NCBI RefSeq assembly: GCF_009914755.1
Contig: NC_060941.1
Length of the DNA: 64,000 nucleotides
Source: the human T2T-CHM13v2.0 reference genome, Homo sapiens
Direction: 5' to 3' (one strand)
A program made the position numbers and the translations under genes. The notes below the pieces were generated by a model. That model was not told where the DNA came from and did not search any database. It worked only from the letters and a program-made list of their open reading frames with translations. The stretch's first letter is position 1. Each line of letters opens with the position of its first letter. Positions 38,001 through 53,000 of the stretch are shown here, piece by piece.

Positions 38001-41000
38001 CGGAAAGAGCAGCTATGAAACACTCTTTTTCTAGAATCTGCAAGTGGACATTGGGAGGGCTGTGAGGTTTGTGGTGGAAAAGGAAATATCTCCACATAAA
38101 TACTAGATAGAAGCCTTCTCAGAAACTACTTTGTGATGATTGCATTCACCTCACGGAGTGGAGCATTCCTATTGACAGAGCAGTTTGGAAACACTCTTCT
38201 TGTAGAATCGGATAGTGGAGGTTTGGAGCGCTTTGAGGCCTATGGCAGTAAAGGGAAGAGCTTCACATGAAATCTAGACAGAAGCATTCTCAGAAAATAC
38301 TTTGTGATGATTGAGTTTAACACACAGAGCTGAACATTCCTTTGGATGGAGAAGGTTTGAAACACACTTTCTGTAGAATCTGCGAGTGGATATTTGGACC
38401 TCTCTGAGGATTTCGTTGGAAACGGGATAACTGCACCTAACTAAACGGAAGCATTCTCACAAAATTCTTTGTGATGTTTGCATTCAAATCCCAGAGTTGA
38501 ACCTTCCTTTGATAGTTCAGCTTTGAAACACTCTTTTTGTAGGATCTGCAAGTGGATATTTGGACCACTCTTTGGCCTTCGTTCGAAACGGGTACATATT
38601 CAAATAAAATCTAGACAGAAGCCTTCTCAGAAACTTCTCTGTGACGGTTGCATTCAACTCAAAGCGTTGAAACCTCCTATGGATAGAGCAGTTTTGAATC
38701 TCTCTTTTTGTGGAATCTGCAAGTGGATATGTGGTCCTCTTTGAAGATGTCTTTGGAAACGGGAATATCTTCACATTAAAACTAAACAGAAGCATTCTCA
38801 GAAACTTCTCTGTGATGTTTGTGTTCAACTCACAGAGTTTCACGTTGCTTTTCATAGAGCAGATGAGAAACATGCTTTTCGTAGGGTCTGCAAGTGGACA
38901 TTTGGAGAGCTTTCAGGCCTGTGGTGGAAAACGAATTATCGTCACGTAAAAACTAGAGAGAAGCATTGTCAGAAACTTGTTTGTGATGACTGCATTCAAC
39001 TCACAGAGTTGAAGGTTCCTTTTCAAACAGCAGTTTCCAAACACTCTTTCTGTGGCATCTGCAAGTGGATGTTTGGGCCTCTTTGAAGATTTCGTTGGAA
39101 ACGGGATAATCTTCACAGAAAAGCTAAACAGAAGCATTCTCAGAAACTTCTTTGTGATGTTTGCTTTCAACTCACAGAGTTGAACTTTCCTTTTGAGAGA
39201 GAAGCTTTGAAACACTCTTTTTCTAGAATCTGCAAGTGGATATTTGGAGGGCTTTGAGGCCTGAGGTGGAAAAGGAATTATCTTCCCGTAAGAACTAGAT
39301 AGATGCATTCTCAGAAACTACTTTGTGACGATTGCATTCAAGTCACAGAGGTGAACATTCCCTTTCAGAGAGCACTTTGGAAACTCTCGTTGTGTAGAAT
39401 CTGCAAGTGGAGATATGGACCGCTTTGAGGCCTATGGTAGTAAAGGAAACAGCTTCATATAAAAACTAGACAGCAGCATTCTCAGAAAACTCTTTGTGAC
39501 GACTGAGATTAACTCACAGGGCTGAACATTCCTTTGGATGGAGCAGTTTGGAAACACACTATCTGTAGGATCTGCAAGCGGATACTTGGGCCTCTCTGAG
39601 GATTGCGTTGGAAACGGGATAAACCGCACAGAACTAAACAGAAGCATTCTCAGAACCTTCTTCGTGATGTTTGCATTCAACCCACAGTGTTGAACCTTTC
39701 TTTGATAGTTCAGGTTTGAAACACTCTTTTTGTAGAAACTGCAAGTGGATAACTGCACTTCTTTGAGGCCTATCGTAGTAAAGGAAATAACTTCCTATAA
39801 AAACAAGACAGAAGCTTTCTCAGAAAATTCTCTGGGATGATTGACTTGAACTCACAGAGCAGTACTTTCCTTGGGATGGAGTAGTTTCGAAACACACTTT
39901 CTGTAGAATCTGCAAGTGGATATTTGAACCTGTCTGAGGAATTCGTTGCAAACGGGATAATTTCAGCTAAGTAAACAGAAGCAGTCTCAGAATCTTCTTG
40001 TGATGTTTGCATTCAAATCCCAGAATTGAACCTTCCTTTGAAAGTTCAGGTTGGAAACACTCTTTTTGCAGGATCTACAAGTGGATATTCGGACCACTCT
40101 GTGGACTTCGTTCGAAACGGGTATATCTTCACATAACATCTAGACAGAAGCATTCTCAGAAACTTTTCTGTGATGACTGCATTCAACTCACAGAGTTGAA
40201 CACTCCTTTTGAGAGCGCAGTTTTGAAACTCTCTTTCTCTGGAATCTGCAAGGGGACATGCAGACCTCTTTGAAGGTTTCGTTGGAAACGGAATCATCTT
40301 CACATAAAAATTACACAGAAGCATTCTCAGGAACTCCTTGGTGATGTTTGTATTCAACTTCCAGAGTTGAACTTTCCTTCGGAAAGAGCAGCTATGAAAC
40401 ACTCTTTTTCTAGAATCTGCAAGTGGACATTGGGAGGGCTGTGAGGTTTGTGGTGGAAAAGGAAATATCTCCACGTAAATACTAGATAGAAGCCTTCTCA
40501 GAAACTACTTTGTGATGATTGCATTCACCTCACGGAGTGGAGCATTCCTATTGACAGAGCAGTTTGGAAACACTCTTGTTGTAGAATCGGCGAGTGGAGA
40601 TTTGGAGCGCTTTGAGGCCTATGGTAGTAAAGGGAAGAGCTTCACATAAAATCTAGACAGAAGCATTCTCAGAAAATACTTTGTGATGATTGAGTTTAAC
40701 ACACAGAGCTGCACATTCCTTTGGATGGAGAAGGTTTGAAACACACTTTCTGTAGAATCTGCGAGTGGATATTTGGACCTCTCTGAGGATTTCGTTGGAA
40801 ACGGGATAACTGCACCTAACTAAACGGAAGCATTCTCACAAAATTCTTTGTGATGTTTGCATTCAAATCCCAGAGTTGAACCTTCCTTTGATAGTTCAGC
40901 TTTGAAACACTCTTTTTGTAGGATCTGCAAGTGGATATTTGGACCACTCTTTGGCCTTCGTTCGAAACGGGTACATATTCAAATAAAATCTAGACAGAAG

Positions 41001-44000
41001 CCATCTCAGAAACTTCTCTGTGACGATTGCATTCAACTCAAAGCGTTGAACCCTCCTATGGATAGAGCAGTTTTGAATCTCTCTTTTTGTGGAATCTGCA
41101 AGTGGATATGTGGTCCTCTTTGAAGATGTCTTTGGAAACGGGAATATCTTCACATTAAAACTAAACAGAAGCATTCTCAGAAACTTCTCTGTGATGTTTG
41201 TGTTCAACTCACAGAGTTTCACGTTGCTTTTCATAGAGCAGATGAGAAACATGCTTTTCGTAGGGTCTGCAAGTGGACATTTGGAGAGCTTTCAGGCCTG
41301 TGGTGGAAAACGAATTATCGTCACGTAAAAACTAGAGAGAAGCATTGTCAGAAACTTGTTTGTGATGACTGCATTCAACTCACAGAGTTGAAGGTTCCTT
41401 TTCAAACAGCAGTTTCCAAACACTCTTTCTGTGGCATCTGCAAGTGGGTGTTTGGGCCTCTTTGAAGATTTCGTTGGAAACGGGATAATCTTCACAGAAA
41501 AGCTAAACAGAAGCATTCTCAGAAACTTCTTTGTGATGTTTGCTTTCAACTCACAGAGTTGAACTTTCCTTTTGAGAGAGAAGCTTTGAAACACTCTTTT
41601 TCTAGAATCTGCAAGTGGATATTTGGAGGGCTTTGAGGCCTGAGGTGGAAAAGGAATTATCTTCCCGTAAGAACTAGATAGATGCATTCTCAGAAACTAC
41701 TTTGTGACGATTGCATTCAAGTCACAGAGGTGAACATTCCCTTTCAGAGAGCACTTTGGAAACTCTCGTTGTGTAGAATCTGCAAGTGGAGATATGGACC
41801 GCTTTGAGGCCTATGGTAGTAAAGGAAACAGCTTCATATAAAAACTAGACAGCAGCATTCTCAGAAAACTCTTTGTGACGACTGAGTTTAACTCACAGGG
41901 CTGAACATTCCTTTGGATGGAGCAGTTTGGAAACACACTATCTGTAGGATCTGCAAGCGGATACTTGGGCCTCTCTGAGGATTGCGTTGGAAACGGGATA
42001 AACCGCACAGAACTAAACAGAAGCATTCTCAGAACCTTCTTCGTGATGTTTGCATTCAACCCACAGTGTTGAACCTTTCTTTGATAGCTCAGGTTTGAAA
42101 CACTCTTTTTGTAGAAACTGCAAGTGGATAACTGCACTTCTTTGAGGCCTATCGTAGTAAAGGAAATAACTTCCTATAAAAACAAGACAGAAGCTTTCTC
42201 AGAAAATTCTCTGGGATGATTGAGTTGAACTCACAGAGCAGTACTTTCCTTGGGATGGAGTAGTTTCGAAACACACTTTCTGTAGAATCTGCAAGTGGAT
42301 ATTTGGACCTGTCTGAGGAATTCGTTGCAAACGGGATAATTTCAGCTAAGTAAACAGAAGCAGTCTCAGAATCTTCTTGTGATGTTTGCATTCAAATCCC
42401 AGAATTGAACCTTCCTTTGAAAGTTCAGGTTGGAAACACTCTTTTTGCAGGATCTACAAGTGGATATTCGGACCACTCTGTGGACTTCGTTCGAAACGGG
42501 TATATCTTCACATAACATCTAGACAGAAGCATTCTCAGAAACTTTTCTGTGATGACTGCATTCAACTCACAGAGTTGAACACTCCTTTTGAGAGCGCAGT
42601 TTTGAAACTCTCTTTCTCTGGAATCTGCAAGGGGACATGCAGACCTCTTTGAAGGTTTCGTTGGAAACGGAATCATCTTCACATAAAAATTACACAGAAG
42701 CATTCTCAGGAACTCCTTGGTGATGTTTGTATTCAACTTCCAGAGTTGAACTTTCCTTCGGAAAGAGCAGCTATGAAACACTCTTTTTCTAGAATCTGCA
42801 AGTGGACATTGGGAGGGCTGTGAGGTTTGTGGTGGAAAAGGAAATATCTCCACATAAATACTAGATAGAAGCCTTCTCAGAAACTACTTTGTGATGATTG
42901 CATTCACCTCACGGAGTGGAGCATTCCTATTGACAGAGCAGTTTGGAAACACTCTTGTTGTAGAATCGGCGAGTGGAGATTTGGAGCGCTTTGAGGCCTA
43001 TGGTAGTAAAGGGAAGAGCTTCACATAAAATCTAGACAGAAGCATTCTCAGAAAATACTTTGTGATGATTGAGTTTAACACACAGAGCTGCACATTCCTT
43101 TGGATGGAGAAGGTTTGAAACACACTTTCTGTAGAATCTGCGAGTGGATATTTGGACCTCTCTGAGGATTTCGTTGGAAACGGGATAACTGCACCTAACT
43201 AAACGGAAGCATTCTCACAAAATTCTTTGTGATGTTTGCATTCAAATCCCAGAGTTGAACCTTCCTTTGATAGTTCAGCTTTGAAACACTCTTTTTGTAG
43301 GATCTGCAAGTGGATATTTGGACCACTCTTTGGCCTTCGTTCGAAACGGGTACATATTCAAATAAAATCTAGACAGAAGCCATCTCAGAAACTTCTCTGT
43401 GACGATTGCATTCAACTCAAAGCGTTGAACCCTCCTATGGATAGAGCAGTTTTGAATCTCTCTTTTTGTGGAATCTGCAAGTGGATATGTGGTCCTCTTT
43501 GAAGATGTCTTTGGAAACGGGAATATCTTCACATTAAAACTAAACAGAAGCATTCTCAGAAACTTCTCTGTGATGTTTGTGTTCAACTCACAGAGTTTCA
43601 CGTTGCTTTTCATAGAGCAGATGAGAAACATGCTTTTCGTAGGGTCTGCAAGTGGACATTTGGAGAGCTTTCAGGCCTGTGGTGGAAAACGAATTATCGT
43701 CACGTAAAAACTAGAGAGAAGCATTGTCAGAAACTTGTTTGTGATGACTGCATTCAACTCACAGAGTTGAAGGTTCCTTTTCAAACAGCAGTTTCCAAAC
43801 ACTCTTTCTGTGGCATCTGCAAGTGGATGTTTGGGCCTCTTTGAAGATTTCGTTGGAAACGGGATAATCTTCACAGAAAAGCTAAACAGAAGCATTCTCA
43901 GAAACTTCTTTGTGATGTTTGCTTTCAACTCACAGAGTTGAACTTTCCTTTTGAGAGAGAAGCTTTGAAACACTCTTTTTCTAGAATCTGCAAGTGGATA

Positions 44001-47000
44001 TTTGGAGGGCTTTGAGGCCTGAGGTGGAAAAGGAATTATCTTCCCATAAGAACTAGATAGATGCATTCTCAGAAACTACTTTGTGACGATTGCATTCAAG
44101 TCACAGAGGTGAACATTCCCTTTCAGAGAGCACTTTGGAAACTCTCGTTGTGTAGAATCTGCAAGTGGAGATATGGACCGCTTTGAGGCCTATGGTAGTA
44201 AAGGAAACAGCTTCATATAAAAACTAGACAGCAGCATTCTCAGAAAACTCTTTGTGACGACTGAGTTTAACTCACAGGGCTGAACATTCCTTTGGATGGA
44301 GCAGTTTGGAAACACACTATCTGTAGGATCTGCAAGCGGATACTTGGGCCTCTCTGAGGATTGCGTTGGAAACGGGATAAACCGCACAGAACTAAACAGA
44401 AGCATTCTCAGAACCTTCTTCGTGATGTTTGCATTCAACCCACAGTGTTGAACCTTTCTTTGATAGTTCAGGTTTGAAACACTCTTTTTGTAGAAACTGC
44501 AAGTGGATAACTGCACTTCTTTGAGGCCTATCGTAGTAAAGGAAATAACTTCCTATAAAAACAAGACAGAAGCTTTCTCAGAAAATTCTCTGGGATGATT
44601 GAGTTGAACTCACAGAGCAGTACTTTCCTTGGGATGGAGTAGTTTCGAAACACACTTTCTGTAGAATCTGCAAGTGGATATTTGGACCTGTCTGAGGAAT
44701 TCGTTGCAAACGGGATAATTTCAGCTAAGTAAACAGAAGCAGTCTCAGAATCTTCTTGTGATGTTTGCATTCAAATCCCAGAATTGAACCTTCCTTTGAA
44801 AGTTCAGGTTGGAAACACCCTTTTTGCAGGATCTACAAGTGGATATTCGGACCACTCTGTGGACTTCGTTCGAAACGGGTATATCTTCACATAACATCTA
44901 GACAGAAGCATTCTCAGAAACTTTTCTGTGATGACTGCATTCAACTCACAGAGTTGAACACTCCTTTTGAGAGCGCAGTTTTGAAACTCTCTTTCTCTGG
45001 AATCTGCAAGGGGACATGCAGACCTCTTTGAAGGTTTCGTTGGAAACGGAATCATCTTCACATAAAAATTACACAGAAGCATTCTCAGGAACTCCTTGGT
45101 GATGTTTGTATTCAACTTCCAGAGTTGAACTTTCCTTCGGAAAGAGCAGCTATGAAACACTCTTTTTCTAGAATCTGCAAGTGGACATTGGGAGGGCTGT
45201 GAGGTTTGTGGTGGAAAAGGAAATATCTCCACATAAATACTAGATAGAAGCCTTCTCAGAAACTACTTTGTGATGATTGCATTCACCTCACGGAGTGGAG
45301 CATTCCTATTGACAGAGCAGTTTTGAAACACTCTTGTTGTAGAATCGGCTAGTGGAGATTTGGAGCGCTTTGAGGCCTATGATAGTAAAGGGAAGAGCTT
45401 CACATAAAATCTAGACAGAAGCATTCTCAGAAAATACTTTGTGATGATTGAGTTTAACACACTGAGCTGAACATTCCTTTGGATGGAGAAGGTTTGAAAC
45501 ACACTTTCTGTAGAATCTGCGAGTGGATATTTGGACCTCTCTGAGGATTTCGTTGGAAACGGGATAACTGCACCTAACTAAACGGAAGCATTCTCACAAA
45601 ATTCTTTGTGATGTTTGCATTCAAATCCCAGAGTTGAACCTTCCTTTGATAGTTCAGCTTTGAAACACTCCTTTTGTAGAATCTGCAAGTGGATATTTGG
45701 ACCACTCTTTGGCCTTCGTTCGAAACGGGTACATATTCAAATAAAATCTAGACAGAAGCCATCTCAGAAACTTCTCTGTGACGATTGCATTCAACTCAAA
45801 GCGTTGAACCCTCCTATGGATAGAGCAGTTTTGAATCTCTCTTTTTGTGGAATCTGCAAGTGGATATGTGGTCCTCTTTGAAGACGTCTTTGGAAACGGG
45901 AATATCTTCACATTAAAACTAAACAGAAGCATTCTCAGAAACTTCTCTGTGATGTTTGTGTTCAACTCACAGAGTTTCACGTTGCTTTTCATAGAGCAGA
46001 TGAGAAACATGCTTTTCGTAGGGTCTGCAAGAGGACATTTGGAGAGCTTTCAGGCCTGTGGTGGAAAACGAATTATCGTCACGTAAAAACTAGAGAGAAG
46101 CATTGTCAGAAACTTGTTTGTGATGACTGCATTCAACTCACAGAGTTGAAGGTTCCTTTTCAAACAGCAGTTTCCAAACACTCTTTCTGTGGCATCTGCA
46201 AGTGGATGTTTGGGCCTCTTTGAAGATTTCGTTGGAAACGGGATAATCTTCACAGAAAAGCTAAACAGAAGCATTCTCAGAAACTTCTTTGTGATGTTTG
46301 CTTTCAACTCACAGAGTTGAACTTTCCTTTTGAGAGAGAAGCTTTGAAACACTCTTTTTCTAGAATCTGCAAGTGGATATTTGGAGGGCTTTGAGGCCTG
46401 AGGTGGAAAAGGAATTATCTTCCCGTAAGAACTAGATAGATGCATACTCAGAAACTACTTTGTGACGATTGCATTCAAGTCACAGAGGTGAACATTCCCT
46501 TTCAGAGAGCACTTTGGAAACTCTCGTTGTGTAGAATCTGCAAGTGGAGATATGGACCGCTTTGAGGCCTATGGTAGTAAAGGAAACAGCTTCATATAAA
46601 AACTAGACAGCAGCATTCTCAGAAAACTCTTTGTGACGACTGAGTTTAACTCACAGGGCTGAACATTCCTTTGGATGGAGCAGTTTGGAAACACACTATC
46701 TGTAGGATCTGCAAGCGGATACTTGGGCCTCTCTGAGGATTGCGTTGGAAACGGGATAAACCGCACAGAACTAAACAGAAGCATTCTCAGAACCTTCTTC
46801 GTGATGTTTGCATTCAACCCACAGTGTTGAACCTTTCTTTGATAGTTCAGGTGTGAAACACTCTTTTTGTAGAAACTGCAAGTGGATAACTGCACTTCTT
46901 TGAGGCCTATCGTAGTAAAGGAAATAACTTCCTATAAAAACAAGACAGAAGCTTTCTCAGAAAATTCTCTGGGATGATTGAGTTGAACTCACAGAGCAGT

Positions 47001-50000
47001 ACTTTCCTTGGGATGGAGTAGTTTTGAAACACACTTTCTGTAGAATCTGCAAGTGGATATTTGGACCTGTCTGAGGAATTCGTTGCAAACGGGATAATTT
47101 CAGCTAAGTAAACAGAAGCAGTCTCAGAATCTTCTTGTGATGTTTGCATTCAAATCCCAGAATTGAACCTTCCTTTGAAAGTTCAGGTTGGAAACACTCT
47201 TTTTGCAGGATCTACAAGTGGATATTCGGACCACTCTGTGGACTTCGTTCGAAACGGGTATATCTTCACATAATATCTAGACAGAAGCATTCTCAGAAAC
47301 TTTTCTGTGATGACTGCATTCAACTCACAGAGTTGAACACTCCTTTTGAGAGCGCAGTTTTGAAACTCTCTTTCTCTGGAATCTGCAAGGGGACATGCAG
47401 ACCTCTTTGAAGGTTTCGTTGGAAACGGAATCATCTTCACATAAAAATTACACAGAAGCATTCTCAGGAACTCCTTGGTGATGTTTGTATTCAACTTCCA
47501 GAGTTGAACTTTCCTTCGGAAAGAGCAGCTATGAAACACTCTTTTTCTAGAATCTGCAAGTGGACATTGGGAGGGCTGTGAGGTGTGTGGTGGAAAAGGA
47601 AATATCTCCACATAAATACTACATAGAAGCCTTCTCAGAAACTACTTTGTGATGATTGCATTCACCTCACGGACTGGAGCATTCCTATTGACAGAGCAGT
47701 TTGGAAACACTCTTGTTGTAGAATCGGCTAGTGGAGATTTGGAGCGCTTTGAGGCCTATGGTAGTAAAGGGAAGAGCTTCACATAAAATCTAGACAGAAG
47801 CATTCTCAGAAAATACTTTGTGATGATTGAGTTTAACACACAGAGCTGCACATTCCTTTGGATGGAGAAGGTTTGAAACACACTTTCTGTAGAATCTGCG
47901 AGTGGATATTTGGACCTCTCTGAGGATTTCGTTGGAAACGGGATAACTGCACCTAACTAAACGGAAGCATTCTCACAAAATTCTTTGTGATGTTTGCATT
48001 CAAATCCCAGAGTTGAACCTTCCTTTGATAGTTCAGCTTTGAAACACTCTTTTTGTAGTATCTGCAAGTGGATATTTGGACCACTCTTTGGCCTTCGTTC
48101 GAAACGGGTACATATTCAAATAAAATCTAGACAGAAGCCATCTCAGAAACTTCTCTGTGACGATTGCATTCAACTCAAAGCGTTGAACCCTCCTATGGAT
48201 AGAGCAGTTTTGAATCTCTCTTTTTGTGGAATCTGCAAGTGGATATCTGTTCCTCTTTGAAGACGTCTTGGGAAACGGGAATATCTTCACATTAAAACTA
48301 AACAGAAGCATTCTCAGAAACTTCTCTGTGATGTTTGTGTTCAACTCACAGAGTTTCACGTTGCTTTTCATAGAGCAGATGAGAAACATGCTTTTCGTAG
48401 GGTCTGCAAGTGGACATTTGGAGAGCTTTCAGGCCTGTGGTGGAAAACGAATTATCGTCACGTAAAAACTAGAGAGAAGCATTGTCAGAAACTTGTTTGT
48501 GATGGCTGCATTCAACTCACAGAGTTGAAGGTTCCTTTTCAAACAGCAGTTTCCAAACACTCTTTCTGTGGCATCTGCAAGTGGATGTTTGGGCCTCTTT
48601 GAAGATTTCGTTGGAAACGGGATAATCTTCACAGAAAAGCTAAACAGAAGCATTCTCAGAAACTTCTTTGTGATGTTTGCTTTCAACTCACAGAGTTGAA
48701 CTTTCCTTTTGAGAGAGAAGCTTTGAAACACTCTTTTTCTAGAATCTGCAAGTGGATATTTGGAGGGCTTTGAGGCCTGAGGTGGAAAAGGAATTATCTT
48801 CCCGTAAGAACTAGATAGATGCATTCTCAGAAACTACTTTGTGACGATTGCATTCAAGTCACAGATGTGAACATTCCCTTTCAGAGAGCACTTTGGAAAC
48901 TCTCGTTGTGTAGAATCTGCAAGTGGAGATATGGACTGCTTTGAGGCCTATGGTAGTAAAGGAAACAGCTTCATATAAAAACTAGACAGCAGCATTCTCA
49001 GAAAACTCTTTGTGACGACTGAGTTTAACTCACAGGGCTGAACATTCCTTTGGATGGAGCAGTTTGGAAACACACTATCTGTAGGATCTGCAAGCGGATA
49101 CTTGGGCCTCTCTGAGGATTGCGTTGGAAACGGGATAAACCGCACAGAACTAAACAGAAGCATTCTCAGAACCTTCTTCGTGATGTTTGCATTCAACCCA
49201 CAGTGTTGAACCTTTCTTTGATAGTTCAGGTTTGAAACACTCTTTTTGTAGAAACTGCAAGTGGATAACTGCACTTCTTTGAGGCCTATCGTAGTAAAGG
49301 AAATAACTTCCTATAAAAACAAGACAGAAGCTTTCTCAGAAAATTCTCTGGGATGATTGAGTTGAACTCACAGAGCACTACTTTCCTTGGGATGGAGTAG
49401 TTTCGAAACACACTTTCTGTAGAATCTGCAAGTGGATATTTGGACCTGTCTGAGGAATTCGTTGCAAACGGGATAATTTCAGCTAAGTAAACAGAAGCAG
49501 TCTCAGAATCTTCTTGTGATGTTTGCATTCAAATCCCAGAATTGAACCTTCCTTTGAAAGTTCAGGTTGGAAACACTCTTTTTGCAGGATCTACAAGTGG
49601 ATATTCGGACCACTCTGTGGACTTCGTTCGAAACGGGTATATCTTCACATAACATCTAGACAGAAGCATTCTCAGAAACTTTTCTGTGATGACTGCATTC
49701 AACTCACAGAGTTGAACACTCCTTTTGAGAGCGCAGTTTTGAAACTCTCTTTCTCTGGAATCTGCAAGGGGACATGCAGACCTCTTTGAAGGTTTCGTTG
49801 GAAACGGAATCATCTTCACATAAAAATTACACAGAAGCATTCTCAGGAACTCCTTGGTGATGTTTGTATTCAACTTCCAGAGTTGAACTTTCCTTCGGAA
49901 AGAGCAGCTATGAAACACTCTTTTTCTAGAATCTGCAAGTGGACATTGGGAGGGCTGTGAGGTTTGTGGTGGAAAAGGAAATATCTCCACATAAATACTA

Positions 50001-53000
50001 GATAGAAGCCTTCTCAGAAACTACTTTGTGATGATTGCATTCACCTCACGGACTGGAGCATTCCTATTGACAGAGCAGTTTGGATACACTCTTCTTGTAG
50101 AATCGGCTAGCGGAGATTTGGAGCGCTTTGAGGCCTATGGTAGTAAAGGGAAGAGCTTCACATAAAATCTAGACAGAAGCATTCTCAGAAAATACTTTGT
50201 GATGATTGAGTTTAACACACAGAGCTGAACATTCCTTTGGGTGGAGAAGGTTTGAAACACACTTTCTGTAGAATCTGCGAGTGGATATTTGGACCTCTCT
50301 GAGGATTTCGTTGGAAACGGGATAACTGCACCTAACTAAACGGAAGCATTCTCACAAAATTCTTTGTGATGTTTGCATTCAAATCCCAGAGTTGAACCTT
50401 CCTTTGATAGTTCAGCTTTGAAACACTCTTTTTGTAGGATCTGCAAGTGGATATTTGGACCACTCTTTGGCCTTCGTTCGAAACGGGTACATATTCAAAT
50501 AAAATCTAGACAGAAGCCTTCTCAGAAACTTCTCTGTGACGATTGCATTCAACTCAAAGCGTTGAACCCTCCTATGGATAGAGCAGTTTTGAATCTCTCT
50601 TTTTGTGGAATCTGCAAGTGGATATGTGGTCCTCTTTGAAGATGTCTTTGGAAACGGGAATATCTTCACATTAAAACTAAACAGAAGCATTCTCAGAAAC
50701 TTCTCTGTGATGTTTGTGTTCAACTCACAGAGTTTCACGTTGCTTTTCATAGAGCAGATGAGAAACATGCTTTTCGTAGGGTCTGCAAGTGGACATTTGG
50801 AGAGCTTTCAGGCCTGTGGTGGAAAACGAATTATCGTCACGTAAAAACTAGAGAGAAGCATTGTCAGAAACTTGTTTGTGATGACTGCATTCAACTCACA
50901 GAGTTGAAGGTTCCTTTTCAAACAGCAGTTTCCAAACACTCTTTCTGTGGCATCTGCAAGTGGATGTTTGGGCCTCTTTGAAGATTTCGTTGGAAACGGG
51001 ATAATCTTCACAGAAAAGCTAAACAGAAGCATTCTCAGAAACTTCTTTGTGATGTTTGCTTTCAACTCACAGAGTTGAACTTTCCTTTTGAGAGAGAAGC
51101 TTTGAAACACTCTTTTTCTAGAATCTGCAAGTGGATATTTGGAGGGCTTTGAGGCCTGAGGTGGAAAAGGAATTATCTTCCCGTAAGAACTAGATAGATG
51201 CATTCTCAGAAACTACTTTGTGACGATTGCATTCAAGTCACAGAGGTGAACATTCCCTTTCAGAGAGCACTTTGGAAACTCTCGTTGTGTAGAATCTGCA
51301 AGTGGAGATATGGACCGCTTTGAGGCCTATGGTAGTAAAGGAAACAGCTTCATATAAAAACTAGACAGCAGCATTCTCAGAAAACTCTTTGTGACGACTG
51401 AGTTTAACTCACAGGGCTGAACATTCCTTTGCATGGAGCAGTTTGGAAACACACTATCTGTAGGATCTGCAAGCGGATACTTGGGCCTCTCTGAGGATTG
51501 CGTTGGAAAAGGGATAAACCGCACAGAACGAAACAGAAGCATTCTCAGAACCTTCTTCGTGATGTTTGCATTCAACCCACAGTGTTGAACCTTTCTTTGA
51601 TAGTTCAGGTTTGAAACACTCTTTTTGTAGAAACTGCAAGTGGATAACTGCACTTCTTTGAGGCCTATCGTAGTAAAGGAAATAACTTCCTATAAAAACA
51701 AGACAGAAGCTTTCTCAGAAAATTCTCTGGGATGATTGACTTGAACTCACAGAGCACTACTTTCCTTGGGATGGAGTAGTTTCGAAACACACTTTCTGTA
51801 GAATCTGCAAGTGGATATTTGGACCTGTCTGAGGAATTCGTTGCAAACGGGATAATTTCAGCTAAGTAAACAGAAGCAGTCTCAGAATCTTCTTGTGATG
51901 TTTGCATTCAAATCCCAGAATTGAACCTTCCTTTGAAAGTTCAGGTTGGAAACACTCTTTTTGCAGGATCTACAAGTGGATATTCGGACCACTCTGTGGA
52001 CTTCGTTCGAAACGGGTATATCTTCACATAACATCTAGACAGAAGCATTCTCAGAAACTTTTCTGTGATGACTGCATTCAACTCACAGAGTTGAACACTC
52101 CTTTTGAGAGCGCAGTTTTGAAACTCTCTTTCTCTGGAATCTGCAAGGGGACATGCAGACCTCTTTGAAGGTTTCGTTGGAAACGGAATCATCTTCACAT
52201 AAAAATTACACAGAAGCATTCTCAGGAACTCCTTGGTGATGTTTGTATTCAACTTCCAGAGTTGAACTTTCCTTCGGAAAGAGCAGCTATGAAACACTCT
52301 TTTTCTAGAATCTGCAAGTGGACATTGGGAGGGCTGTGAGGTTTGTGGTGGAAAAGGAAATATCTCCACATAAATACTAGATAGAAGCCTTCTCAGAAAC
52401 TACTTTGTGATGATTGTATTCACCTCACGGACTGGAGCATTCCTATTGACAGAGCAGTTTGGAAACACTCTTGTTGTACAATCTCCTAGTGGAGGTTTGG
52501 AGCGCTTTGAGACCTATGGTAGTAAAGGGAAGAGCTTCACATAAAATCTAGACAGAAGCATTCTCAGAAAATACTTTGTGATGATTGAGTTTAACACACA
52601 GAGCTGCACATTCCTTTGGATGGAGAAGGTTTGAAACACACTTTCTGTAGAATCTGCGAGTGGATATTTGGACCTCTCTGAGGATTTCGTTGGAAACGGG
52701 ATAACTGCACCTAACTAAACGGAAGCATTCTCACAAAATTCTTTGTGATGTTTGCATTCAAATCCCAGAGTTGAACCTTCCTTTGATAGTTCAGCTTTGA
52801 AACACTCTTTTTGTAGGATCTGCAAGTGGATATTTGGACCACTCTTTGGCCTTCGTTCGAAACGGGTACATATTCAAATAAAATCTAGACAGAAGCCTTC
52901 TCAGAAACTTCTCTGTGACGATTGCATTCAACTCAAAGCGTTGAACCCTCCTATGGATAGAGCAGTTTTGAATCTCTCTTTTTGTGGAATCTGCAAGTGG

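Noticed and set aside
35253-38095. Novel-looking 134-aa, 94-aa and 67-aa ORFs in H15-H16
   Set aside because: Simple by-products of the 2-bp deletion at ~35475 and ~37852.
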